Origin: Scenedesmus sp. PABB004
Lineage: Eukaryota
DNA length: 64,000 nucleotides
NCBI GenBank assembly: GCA_014905635.1
Contig: CM026547.1
Span: 4,402,001 to 4,466,000 of the forward strand
Direction of reading: 5' to 3'
Shown: positions 1-11,594 of the stretch, piece by piece
How positions within the stretch are numbered: the stretch's first letter is position 1
Layout: each line of letters begins with the position of its first letter
Position numbers and translations under genes: made by a program
Notes under the pieces: model-generated
Told to the model about the DNA's origin: nothing
Seen by the model: the letters and a program-made list of their open reading frames with translations, nothing else
Database searches by the model: none

Positions 1-964
1 GCTCGCCCACTGCGACGCTGCGCGCGGGCGCGGGCGCGGGCGCGGCGCCGCGTGCGCGCGGCGGTCGGCGGGGCCGGCGCGCTCGCGCGGCGCGTGCGCG
101 TGCGCGTGCGGCGGTGCGGGGTTTAGGTCCTTCTGAGCCACGGGCATGGCGCCCCTAAACCCCGTACCTGTACACGGTGACCACGAGCATGAAGGTCATC
201 ACAGTCTCCCAGCCAAACGCACGCCACAAGCCCACGCCCTGCCGCGGGCGCGGGCGACGGTGGCGCGCGCGTGGGCGCGGGCGCGGGCGTCGAAGCCGGC
301 AGCGGCGGCGGCGGCGCCGGGGGCTCGCGTGCGTGTGGGCGCGTGTGCGCGGGCGCGGGCGCGTGCACGCACGATGTGGGGCGCGAAGCAGCCGACGTCC
401 GAGGCGCGGGGGATCAGGGCCATCTGTGCGTGGCGCAGAGCGGGCGAGCGTCAGCGGGCCCCTCGGCATCGGCGGGCCCCGGCGGGAGCTCCCGCTCGAG
501 CGCGCGGCGGGAGCGCGCGGCGGCGCGGACGCGCGGGCGCGCGGCGCGGCGCGCACGTGCAGCAGGGAGGCGAGCACCGCGCCGCCGGTCTGCGCGAGGA
601 TGTAGTAGAGCGCGCGCGAGCCGCTGCTGTGCCCCGTCACGGTCGTGGCAAAGCTGACGGCGGGGTTGAGGTGTCCGCCCGACACGTTGGCCGCGACATA
701 GACTGCGCGCGGCGCGGCGGCGCGGCGGCGCGGGCGGCTCGGCAGCGTGCGCGCGCGGGCGGCGCGGGCGGCGCGGCGGCGCGGCGGCGCGGGCAGGGGC
801 GACGCACTGAGCACGGCGAGGCCGAGCCCGTTGGCGGCCGCCGCCGCGCCGCCGGGCGCGGCGCCGCCAATGAAGGCAAACAGGAAGGTGCAGGCCGCCT
901 CGCACGCGACCGCGGCGGCGAGCTTGCTGGAGGTCGAGGCCTCGGTCTGCAGCAGGCCCGGCAT
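1..964 (-). CDS. Aquaporin / major intrinsic protein (MIP), spliced; 3' end runs off the window start
   Basis: ATG at 964 (MPGLLQTEAST..). Exons encode EAACTFLFAFIGG, VYVAANVSGGHLNPAVSFA (MIP signature with first NPA), YYILAQTGGAVLASLL and AFGWETVMTFMLVVTVY. Second NPA exon not seen in the window. Confidence 0.9.
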
Positions 965-1599
965 CGCGGCTGGACTGCGCGAGCGGGCAGGGGGGGGGGG
1001 TGGCGGGCGGGGGTTGGCCGCGGCGCCAGGCTGCGCGCGGCGCGGCGTGCGCGCTGCCCGCTGGCTGCTCGGCGCGCGTGCCACAGGCTGGCAGCTGCCT
1101 GGCCAGGCGCCCCACGGGCGCCGGGGAGCTGCGCGCGCCCCGACGCGCCTGGCAGCAGCAGCAGGAGTGAGTGCGCTCAGCTGGCGCGCGCGGCCGGCGC
1201 GCAGGCAGGCGGCGGGGCGGCGGCAGGGGGCGCGGGAGTCGCGATCGGTGGCGGTGGGATGGCGGCGGGAGGGCGCGGCACGTGGATCAGAGCGGAGGGG
1301 GCTGCCAAAAGTGGCGGTGCGTCAACCTTTACGCACCTCCGCCGGGACCCCAAACCGCCGCCGCACGTGGCCGCCATCGCAGCTGCGACACACGCGCAAA
1401 GGACGTCACGGCGGCCCGTAACCCCGCGCCGCGCGGTCGCCGCCGCTCCCCCCGACAGCGCCGCTGCAGCCCGCCGCGCCGTTCGCGGCCGCCGCCGCCC
1501 TGCGCCCCCGGCTCGCTTCCGCTCCGGCGCGGGACTGGCCGGTCTCCCGCGGCAGCTGCGCGCCCGGCGGCGCCCGCAGCCACCGCAGCCCGCGGCGCG

Positions 1600-3602
1600 A
1601 TGCCGGAGCCGCTCCCGCCGGCGGTGCTCGACGCGGCGGTCGCGGGCGCCACGCCGCGGCAGCGCGCGGCGCTGGCGCTCGTGTGCCGCGAGTGGCGCGC
1701 GGCGGTCCTGCGTGCGGCGCCGCGCGTGGACGCGCCGCTGCGCAGCGACGCCGGCGCCGCGTCCCTGGCCGCCTGGCTGGGCGCGCACGGGGGCGAGCTG
1801 CTGGAGGTCAGCGTCTCGACCGAGGGCCTGTTCGGGCGCCACTGCACCCCAGCGACGCGTCTTTCGATTTTTGCCGCCCTCCACGCCGCCGCCGGCAGTG
1901 CGCCGCCCGCGGTCGCCGCCGGGGCCGGCAGCGACGGCGACGGCGACGGCGACGGCAGCAGCGACGGCGAGGACGAGGCGCCCCCGGGACAGCTGGAGCC
2001 GCAGGCAGGACAGCAGTCGCGGGCGGTGCGGCCGCTGCGGCTGCGGAGCCTGCGGGCGAGCATGCGCATCGGCGCCCCCGAGTGCGCCGCCCTCGCCTCG
2101 CTGCCCGCGCCCGCGCTGGCGAGCCTCGAGCTCACCGGCTCGCGCACGCGGCGGCTCGGCCTCGACGGCGTCCGTGCGCTGGCCGAGGGGCTGTCGCAGC
2201 TCACGTGCCTCAAGGTGCAGCACCTTGGCATCGGCAACGACGCCGCGGCGCTGCTGGCGCAGCGCCTGCCGCGGCTGGTGGACGTCTCCCTCGCGGGCAA
2301 CAACCTCGGCCCCCCGGCCGCCGCCAGCGTTGCACAGCACAGCACCGCGCTGACCGCGCTCGACCTCTCCATCAACAGGTGGGCGGGCGTGCGTGCGGGC
2401 GGGGCCGCCGCAGCCGCAGCCGCCCGCCGCCGCCGCGGGGGGCCGCCGCAGACCGCGCGCGCGCCGCGGCCGCGCGCCGCGCAGGGTCCAGGACGCCGGT
2501 CTGATCAGCCTGTGCGCGCTGGCGCGCCTCGAGGCGCTGGACGTGTCTGGCAACGTAAAGTTTGCGCCCGCAGCACTCGGCGCGCTGCGCGGCCTGACCG
2601 CGCTGCGCCGCCTCGGCGCCGCGAGCGCGGGGCTCTGCAACGCGGGCCTCGCCGCGCTCGCGGCCGCGGCGCCGCGCGGCTGGAGGCGCTCAACGTAGCC
2701 GGCAACCGCCTCAGCAAAGCGGAGCCGCTCGCCGCGCTGCTCCACCTCAGCTCGGTCGTCCTGTCGCGCAACCCGCTGCAGCTGTCGGCCGGCCGCGTGC
2801 TGGCGGGCCTGCCGGAGCTGCGCGAGCTGGTGCTCTTTGAGGCCCTCGCCTCGCCCAAGGGCGTGGCGCCGCTGTCCGCGCTCGCCGCCGTCACGTCGCT
2901 CACGCTCGGCGCCGACCCCGCGCTGCACCCGGAGGGCGAGGCCGGCGCCAAGCTGGCGCTCGCGGGCGCGCGCGGCGCGGGCAAGCTGCTGGCCGGCCTT
3001 GCCGCCGGGGGCCGGCTCGGGTCGCTCGCCGCGCCGTGCAGCGGGCTCGACGACGGCGGCGCCCGCGCGCTCGGCCGCCTCGGCGGCAGCCTGGTGCACC
3101 TCAACCTCGGCTACAACCCCATCAGCGCCGCCGGCCTGCGCGTGCTCCGCGAGCTGCCCGCGCTCGCGCGGCTCGAGCTGCGCAGCCTGCGGCCCGAGCT
3201 GGGCGACGACGGGGCGGCCGCCTCGCGGGCTGCAGCGCGCTCACGCGGCTCACGCTGCTGGACCTGGCCTTCAATGACCTCGGCGGCGAGGGCGTGCGGC
3301 GCCTCGGCGCCGCGGCGTGGGCGCCGAGGCTGCGGCACCTCAACCTGCGCGGCAACGCCCAGGTGGAGCAGGCGGCGGTGCTCGCCGCGGTCGCGGCGGG
3401 GCTGCGCGGCCTGACCTACATCAACCTGGAGGAGATCGGCGACGTCAGCGACCGCGCCGGGCGGGGCGGGCACGCCGCGCTGTGGGCGGCGCTGCCAGAT
3501 CTGTGCGTGCTTGCCGCGCGCAGCTACGGCAGAGGCGGCCCCGGCACCAGCACCGGCGGCGCGGCGTTCCGCAGCGGGCGCGTGATGATCAGCTGCGGCT
3601 GA
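1600..3602 (+). CDS. F-box-like / leucine-rich repeat (RNI-like) protein; two apparent frameshifts in this assembly
   Basis: N-terminus MPEPLPPAVLDAAV..LALVCREWR is F-box-like. Many LxxLxLxxN repeats (LTALDLSIN, LEALDVSGN, LVHLNLGYN, LTLLDLAFN, LRHLNLRGN). Intron 2379-2484 (GT..AG). Frame changes near 2675 and 3221 lack splice sites. Confidence 0.8.
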
Positions 3603-3816
3603 GCGAGGGCGTGGGCTGTGAGTGAGTGGCCACGGGCGGGGCCATGCTGGCCGCTGCGCAGCGTGTTGCGTCAACTGCCCGCCGCGCCTGTGACGCCCTT
3701 CGGAACCTCGCCAACGGCGGCAGGGAGACGCGCTTACAGCCGCCAGCCAGCCACGCAGCCGCGGCCGCGCCCCGGCCGCCGGCGGTTCTGCGCCGGCGGC
3801 CGGCGCCCCCCCCCCC

Positions 3817-6800
3817 CTAGTCGACGCCGGGCGTCGCCGGCCGCGGCGTCCCGCTGCCGCCTGGCGCGCCGCCGCCGCCGCCGCTGCTCCCGCCGCCGCC
3901 GCCGCCGCCGCCCGCGGCCGCGGCGACCTCTTCGAGCAGGTGGCGCACCACGTTCTTGCCCTTAATGAGGTTGATGCGCCGCAGGCGCTCGTTGGCGAGG
4001 TGGCAGTTGTCGCTCGACTGGCCCATCGGGATCATGAGCGCCGGCGCGCCGAGCAGCTTCTCGATCAGGCTCGCGACCGGCATCGTCCCGCCCTCGCGCA
4101 CCGCGAGCGGCGGCACGCCCCACTCGCGCCGCACCGCCGCCTCGGCCATCTGGAAGAGCTGGCTCTGCGGGTCGGCCTCCCACCAGTCGCCGACCGAGTG
4201 GACCTGCGCGCCGGCCGCGCGCGCGCGCGCCGTGGGCCGGCCGCCGCGCCGCGCGCAGCGCACGCGCGCCCTGGTTTGTGGCCGCCGCCGCCGCCGCCGC
4301 GCGCCCGCGCCGCGCGCGCCGCGCCTGCAGCTCCACGTGGTTGGCCGACCAGAGCTGCGCAAACTTGCGGTCGATGTGCTGCTGCAGGCACTCGATGAGC
4401 GCCGTGTGCGCCTGCGCCGGCACAAAGCGCAGGCTCAGCTTGCCGACGGCGACCTTTGGGATGACGCTGAAGCGGGTCGGGCCAAAGCGGTAGCACGACC
4501 TGGCGCCGCCGGCGGCGGCGGCGGCCACGTGAAGTGGGGGGACAGCGGCGTGTGGGTGGCACAGGGCGCGGGGGCAGGGCGCGGCGGCGGGCGCGGTGCG
4601 GTCGGCCCGCACCGGTCGTCGCCGCCGCCGTGCTTGTCGGTGTGGCTGACTGCGAGGTGGCTCAGGTGCGCCGGCAGCGCGGTCGGCCAGAGCCGGCCGT
4701 CGTCGTGGCCCGCGTGCACGCAGCCGCCGTGGTGCGCCGGCGGCGCGTGCGCCGCGAGCGCCGGGCTGTGCGGCGGCGTGCGCGAGCTGTGGCCGCCGCC
4801 GCGGTCGGGGCTGCCCGGCGCGGAGGCCGGCGCGGCCTGCGCCGGCGCGGCCGCAGCGGCGCTGCCGAGGCCACCGGACGTGGCGGTCGTGGTGCGGACG
4901 TCCACGATGCTCAGCGTGGGGCTGCACCAGCGCTTGTTGAGCAGCTCGTAGGTGTCGGGGCCGGTGAGCTGCGGCACGCCGATCGCCTCGCTGCGCGGCG
5001 GCAGCGTGGCGGCGCGCGAGCGTGTGCGCGCGCGAGTGCACGTGCGCGCGGCGACACGCGCCGGCCGCCGCCGCCCACGCGCGCGCGGGCCTTGCCGCCG
5101 CCGGCGCGTGGCGGCGGCCGGCCCGCGGAGCCCCGGCCCCTCCCCCTGCTGCCCACCGCACCGGTAGCTGTCCATGCGGAACTCGTCCGACTGCGCGAGC
5201 CCCGTCCACGCGAGCTCCATGAGCCCCGGGCGCACGCCGTTGTGAAAGCCCGGCACCGCGACGCGCCCGCCCGCGCCCTGCAGGCTGCCCAGCAGCTGCA
5301 CCAGGTCGGCCATCGGCTCGCTGAACACGCCGCCGTCGTTGCCGCTGTGCAGGTCGCGCGACGGCCCCGACACCTGCCGCGCCGCGCAGCGCCGGCGGGC
5401 GGGCGCGGTCGGCGCGCCGCGCCGCGGCGCGCCACGGCGGGCCGGCGGGCCGCACTGGCCGGCGCGGCGCGGCGCCGCCGCCGTGCGGCGGCGCCGGCGG
5501 GGGCTCACCACGAGGCTCGCGGTGACCATGCCGCGCATGCCGTAGGTGAGGCAGGGCACGTTCTCGCCGACCCAGACCGTGTTGGAGATGAGCACGAGGC
5601 TCGCGTCGCCAAACCAGTCGAGGTTGGCCCGCAGGCTCTCCTGGAAGCCGATGCTGCCGTTCTCCTCCTCGCCCTCAAACATAAACGCAAAGTTGAGCGG
5701 CGCCGACGCGCCCGCGACGCGCCAGCAGTCTAGCATCTCCTGCGGCGCCGCGCGTGCAGCGCCGCGCGGCCGGCGCTCTCGCCGCGCTCCCGCCGCCCGC
5801 GCCCGCCCGTGCCCGCGCGCGGTGCCCGCGGCCGCGGGGCCAGCATTGACCGCGGGCCAGGCAGCGTTGACCGCGCGGCGCGCACCTTGACCGCATAGAT
5901 GAAGGCCAGCACGGGGCCCTTGTTGTCGCTCGTGCCGCGGCCGCAGAGGTAGCCGTCGACCGCGCACAGCTCAAACGGGTTGGTGCGCCAGTCCGGCTCC
6001 TCCGCGGGCTGCGCCCGCAGCGCCGCGGCGGCGCCGCGTGAGCGCGGGGCGGGTGCGGCCGGCGAGCCGCGCGGGGCGGGCGCGGCCGGCGCGCTGTGGC
6101 GCGGCGCGAGCGCCGCGCAGCCCAGCCGGCGGGCCGCGCCGCACACCTGCACGTCGTAGTGGCCGTAAAAGGCGACCGTCGGGTGGGCGGGGTTGTTGCC
6201 GAGCCGGCCCAGCACGACGGGGTTCTTCCCCTCAAACGGCTGCGCCATGCGCACCTCGGCGCCGAGCGCCTCGAGCAGGCGTGAGAGGTACTTGGCGCCG
6301 CGCAGGCACTCGTCGCGCAGCACCTGGTGGCGGCGCGGCGACGGCGGGCGAGTCAGAGCGCGGCGCGCGTCAGCCGGGGCGCTGCGGGCGCGCAGCGCCT
6401 GCGCGGCGGGCAGGCAGCGCGGCGGCCGCCGCCGCCGCGGCGCCCGTGCGCGCGCGGCGTGGACCTTGTTGGCGCTGACGGTGCGGATCGCCACAAACTC
6501 GCGCAGCGCCCGCACCAGCTGCTGGTCCTGCGAGCCGCACGCGGGGCACAGCAGCGCCCCGCCGCCCGCGACGGCCGCGCCCTGCGGCGGCGCGCCGCCG
6601 CCGCTGCCGCCGCAGCAGCCGGCGTCGCGCAGGCGCGCGCACCAGGCGCCGCGCTTGCGCTGCCGCTCCGCCTGCAGCACCTCCACGCCGAGCAGGTGGC
6701 CGCTGCCCTCGCTCAGCAGGTGGCCGCTGGGCAGCAGGCCCTGCGCCGCAAGCAGCTGCCCCGCGAGCTGGCTGGCGAGGCACGTCGGCGACATCGGCGG

Positions 6801-9800
6801 CGACGCGAGCAGCGCGCCCGAGCCGCCGCGCACGGCGGCGCCGAGCGCGCCGCACGCGCCGTCGCCGCCCGTGAGCTGGCTCGCGCTCGCGCTGAAGCTC
6901 AGCGCCTGGAAGGGGCTGAAACTCGCCGCGGGCAGGCGGAGCTGGTCGGACCAGGCCAGCACGTCGGCGCAGATCTGCCCGCTGACCAGCTGCTCGGTGA
7001 GGTCGGCGAGGTACACGTCGTCCATGTGCCACAGCCGGATGCTGCTGTCGCTGTACCCGCCGACCACGTGCGCGCTGCTGATCGCGACCACGAGCGCCGC
7101 GGTGGCGGGCGCGGCGTGGCGGCCGCGGCCGTGGCCGTGCGCGCGCCGCGCGCGCCGCTGCTGCTGCGCCTGCTGCTGCTGCTGCTGCTGCTGCGACTGC
7201 TGCTGCTGCTGCTGCTGCGACTGCTGGTGGTGCGCGTGGCCGCAGCCGTGCGCCGCCTGCTCCTGCGGCGCCACCCAGCCGCTGAGGCTCGTGCTCACCG
7301 CGAGGCTGCGGTCCATGCTGTGCAGCGGCACCCCGAACGAGGCGTCCGCTGCCGTGCCGTTGCCCGCATGCTGCTGCTCCAGTGCCCCGACAGGGCCGCC
7401 CGCGAAGCCCACAATTGCAGCGGGCAAGGGCGACGAGCGCCCCGGCGGCGCGGGCGACATGCGCCCTGGCGGCGCGGGCGACGCGCGCCCTGGCGGCGCG
7501 GGCGACGCGCGCCCTGGCGGCGCGGGCGCGGCCGCGGCCGCCGCGCTGGCGGTGCGCCAGTCGGCGCACGGCGCGCAGATGGTGAGGATGCGGAGGCACG
7601 CCCAGTTGCTGCCCCACACGCGCACGGTGCCGTCCGCCGACGCGCTGGCGACGAGCACCGTGCTCGCCGCGCCCGCCGCGGCCGGGCCGAACAGCGCCGG
7701 GCTGGGCGCGCGCGCCGCGGCGGCCGCCGCGTGCAGCTCGCTCGCCGTCAGGCCGCCCGGCAGCCCGCTGCCCGCGCGGCCGAGGCTGGCAGCGCCGGGC
7801 GGCGCCGGCGCGCTGCCCGCGGCGCCGCCGCCGCCGGGCGCGGCGGCCTGGCCGCTCGACTTGCTCAGCCCGAGCGCGTCGAGGTGCACCACGTCGTCCT
7901 TGTGGCCGATCAGCGTGCGGCGGCACATGAAGTCAAGATCGAGGTCCCACACCCTGGCGGCGGGCGGGCAGGCAGGGGCAGGGAGGCGCGGCGCGGTGAA
8001 CGGGGCGCGGCGCGGTGAGTGGGGCGCGCGGCGCGGGCGAGGGAAGGGCGGCGGCGCGCGGCGCGGCGTGGCGCGGGCGCGCGCGCCTGATCGTGTTGTC
8101 GCGCGAGCCGGACAGCAGCATCGTGCCGACCGCGAGCAGCGACAGCACCGAGCCGCGGTGCCCGCGCAGCACGCGCACGAGCGAGAGGTCGCTCGCGCGC
8201 CACACGCGCACCGTGGTGTCGCCGCCTGCGGCGCGCGACGCGGGCGCGGCGCGTGGGCGGGGCTGCGACGCACGCGAGGCGCCGGGGGAGGGGCGCCGGC
8301 GGCGGCGCCCCAGGCCCAGCGGGCGCGCGCGCGCACCCGCGCTGCAGATGTAGGCGCCGCACGCGACCAGGTCGTTCACGGGGCCCACATGGCTCACGGC
8401 AATGTCCGTCTGCGCGTCCGGCGACCGGATCGGCCCGCCCAGGCCGCCCGCCGCGCGGGCTGAGCGGGCCGCCGCCGGCCCGACGCCGACGCCGGCGGCG
8501 GAGCAGCGCGGGCTCAGCGGGCTCAGCGGCCCGCTGCCGCCGGCGGCGCCGGCGCCGGCGGCCGAGGAGCGCCGGCTGAGCGGGCTGAGCGGGGCTCCGC
8601 CCGCCGAGCAGCGGGGGCTCGCGCCGTCGGGCCCGCAGGTGCTCCCGTCTGGGCAGAGGGGCAGGTATTTCTTGACCGTCGTGTCCTGGTGGCCCACGTA
8701 GATGCTGCCGTCGTCGGTCACCTGCCGGCGGCGTGCGCGGGCCGCGCAGGGCGTCGGGCGGGCCGCGGCGCGCGCGCGCGCGCCGCCCCCGCCCGCCCCG
8801 CCCGGCGGCGCACCAGCATCGAGCGGATCGCGCCCGCGTAGAGGCTGGTGCGTATCTTTGCGAGGCAGGCGAAGCTGCGCGTGTCCCACACGCGCACCGC
8901 GCCGCCGGCGCCCGTGAAGAGCAGGCGGCCGCCGAGGAGCTGCAGGTGCGTGACGGGCTTGGGGTGGCCACGGATGACAGCGAGGCAGGCCATGTCGGCG
9001 AGGTCCCACGCGCGCACTGTCGCGTCGGTGCTGCTGCTGTACATGCGCCCGCGCGGCTCGTCCAGCACGAGCGCCAGCACCGCGCGGGTGTGCCCCGTCA
9101 GCAGGTGCTCCTCCTCCATGGTCACGGTCTCGGGCTCTGCGCGCGCGCGGCGCGGGAGCCCGGCGGCGGCGGCGGGGTGGGGGGCGGGGCCGCGGCGCGC
9201 CGGCCGAGGCAGCGCGCGCGGGCGCGACGCGGCGCCCTTCGGGTGCGCCGCGCACCGGCGCCGCCCAAGCTTATGCTGCGCGCGAGGCCCAGCAGGCTGT
9301 CGGCGAGGCCCGGCATGTCGCCGCCCAGCCCCGCGTCGGCAACGGCGCTGTAGAGCCCGAACGGCGACGCCGCGCCCGGCGGCTGCGGCTGCTGCTGCGG
9401 CTGCTGCTGCGGCCCACGCCGCGCGACCCACGCGCGGCTCTTGGTGTGCACGCCCTGTGCAATCGACGCGAGGCACGTGGACACCTGCGGACGTGCGGAG
9501 CGGCGGCAGTGGCGGGGGTGGCGGTCCGCGCTCGGTCAGGGGCCGGCGGCGGCGCCCTGGACCGCGCGCCGCGCAAGCGCGCCGCACCTCCTGCAGGCGC
9601 GCGTCGGGCGCGGCGCCCGCGCTGAGGCTGCTCTGCAGGCTGCTGATGAAGCCGCCCTTCTCCCGCGTGACCACGAGCACGGTGTTCTTGGGCACGCTCA
9701 CCTGCGGCCGCGGCGGCGGCGGCGGCGGGGACGCGGCTGGGCCGCGGCGGCGGCGGCGGGCGCAGGGGCGACGGGTGCGCGGGCGCGGACGGCGGGCGCG

Positions 9801-11594
9801 CGGGCGCGGGCGCGGCGCGCACCCAGTCGGTGGTGGAGCCGGTGATGGGCTCGCTCGCCACGAACGCCACGCTCGCGCCGCGCTCGCGGTAGCTGATGCT
9901 GTAGCTCGCCTCGCGCAGCACGCTGCTGCCGACGAGGTTGTTGGCGCCGCACAGGCTGCAGCCGTCCGCGCCCGCCAGCCCGCCCGCGGCGCCCGCGCCC
10001 GCGGGCCGAGCTCCTCGTCGCTGCTGCCGTCGCTGCTGTCGCCGCGCGCGCCCGACGCGACCGCGGCCGCCGCCGCCGCCGCGGCGACGGCCGCGGGGCA
10101 GCCGCTGTCGTGGCGGTGCGCGGCGGCGCCGGGCTCGGCGCCCTGGCGGTCAAACGAGGCGCCCTCGGCGTAGTACAGCGTCGCTGCGGCCTCGCCCTCG
10201 GGGCGCACGAAGCGCGTGGCGATGAGCGTGGAGCCGTCGCTGACCACAAAGTTCAGCAGGCTGATGTCGGTCACGCCCAGCTGGTCCTGCACGCCGCAGA
10301 TCGTGGAGATGGCCGCCTGCGCCGCACGCAGCGATCCCAGCCCAGCGCGCGGTGGGGAGGGGTGGGGCGGGAGGCGTCGGCGCGCGGGGGCGGCCGGCCG
10401 CGAGCGTGGCGGCGGCGGGGCGCGCGCGCCGGCGCCCCGGCGGCGCGCGCGCCTGCATCGCGGTGACCAGCACGTCGGGCGACTGCTGGTGCGTGAGGTT
10501 GGGCAGGTGGCTCAGGAAGACGGCGAACGAGACGGCGCTGTCGGAGTGGAAGCTCTGGATGCTGTCGTACGCCGCGTCGCTCAGCTGCGGCCGAGGCGCG
10601 GCGCGCGGCGCACGGCGCGGCGGGGCGCGGGCGGCGTGTGCGGCGGGGCGCGGGCGGCGTGGGCGGACGGGCGCGGGCGGCGTGGGCGGCGGGGCGCGGG
10701 CGGCGTGGGCGGAGGCCCCCGCCGCGGCGGCGGCGGCGCGGCGCAGCCCATGCAGCGCGCTGCACCTGCTCCAACAGGCGGCGCTTGATGGCGGAGAAGC
10801 CCCCGACCACGCCGTTGTGCATCCAGATGTAGCGCCCCCACTGGAAGGGGTGGCAGTTCTGCTCGCTCACGGGCATGCCGGGGTAGGCGGCGCGCACGTG
10901 CGCAAAGACGAGCGGGCTGATGATCTTGCAGGACAGGCGCGCGAGGTTCTCGTTGTTCCTGCCAGAGCGCGCGCGCAGCGCGCAGCGCGCAGCACGGCGC
11001 ACCACGGCGCGGCGGGGTCACGCGCGCGACTGCGGCCACCGCCGCGGTGCGCAGCCACAGTGCGGCCACGCTGGCCGCGGTGCGCGGTGCGCGGTGCGCG
11101 GCCGCACCATGCGGGCGTGATGCTTTTGTACATGCACGGCGTGGGGTCGCCCTCGCGCAGCTCGTCGGGCGTGTACCAGCCGATGCCAAAGCCGTCGCCG
11201 TTGAGGTTGCCAAAGCCCAGGTGGTTGGGCAGCGACGGGTCCTGCAGGCGCTCGCGCGCGTCGTACGACTGCTTGATGATGGAGCGGTCGGGCCCTGCGG
11301 GGCCGGGGGGCGGCGGCGGGCAGCCGTCCGAGAGTCGGCGGCGGCCCACAGGCGCCCGGCCCACTGCTGGGGGTGGTGGTGGCGGGGGGGGGGGGGGACG
11401 GCGGCGCGGGCACCGCGCGGCGCGGCGGCAGCGGGCGCACGGCGGCGCCGCTGCTGCCGCGTCCGGCGCCGCTGCCGCCGCGAGCCGGCCGGTGCTGCGC
11501 GGCCTCCACGACTAGTGTTAGTGTCTCGCCACTCACAGAGCACCACGTCCGCTATGAGGCGCGGCGGCCCGATGTAGGCCATGAGCCGGCACAT
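3817..11594 (-). CDS. Fusion protein: class II glutamine amidotransferase (Dug3-like) + WD40 repeats + M20 peptidase-like domain (Dug2-like); multi-exon
   Basis: Starts MCRLMAYIG (Cys2 Ntn nucleophile), then NGDGFGIGWY, FAHVRAA, NCHPF..WMHNG and ASEPIT. WD40 repeats follow (GHTRAV..VRAWD, GHRGSV..SGSRDNTIRVWD). M20 motifs: FYGHYDVQP, GRGTSDNKGP, EGEEENGS, DLHSG, EGGTMP, GQSSDNCHLANE. Stop at 3817. One apparent 1-nt frameshift near 10004. Confidence 0.88.
7428..7523 (-). repeat. Coding tandem repeat, 24 nt x4 (APPGRASP/APPGRMSP/APPGRSSP)
   Basis: Directly visible gggcgac..gcgccc(t/c)ggcggcgc units inside the WD40 region of the fusion gene. Confidence 0.85.

Noticed and set aside
146..2353. 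Very long Arg/Ala/Pro-rich six-frame ORFs (e.g. 146-2353, 11838-14087, 52234-55176, 60079-61827) as genes or overlapping antisense genes
   Set aside because: Expected from stop-codon scarcity at extreme GC; they are shadows of real spliced genes and carry no family motifs.
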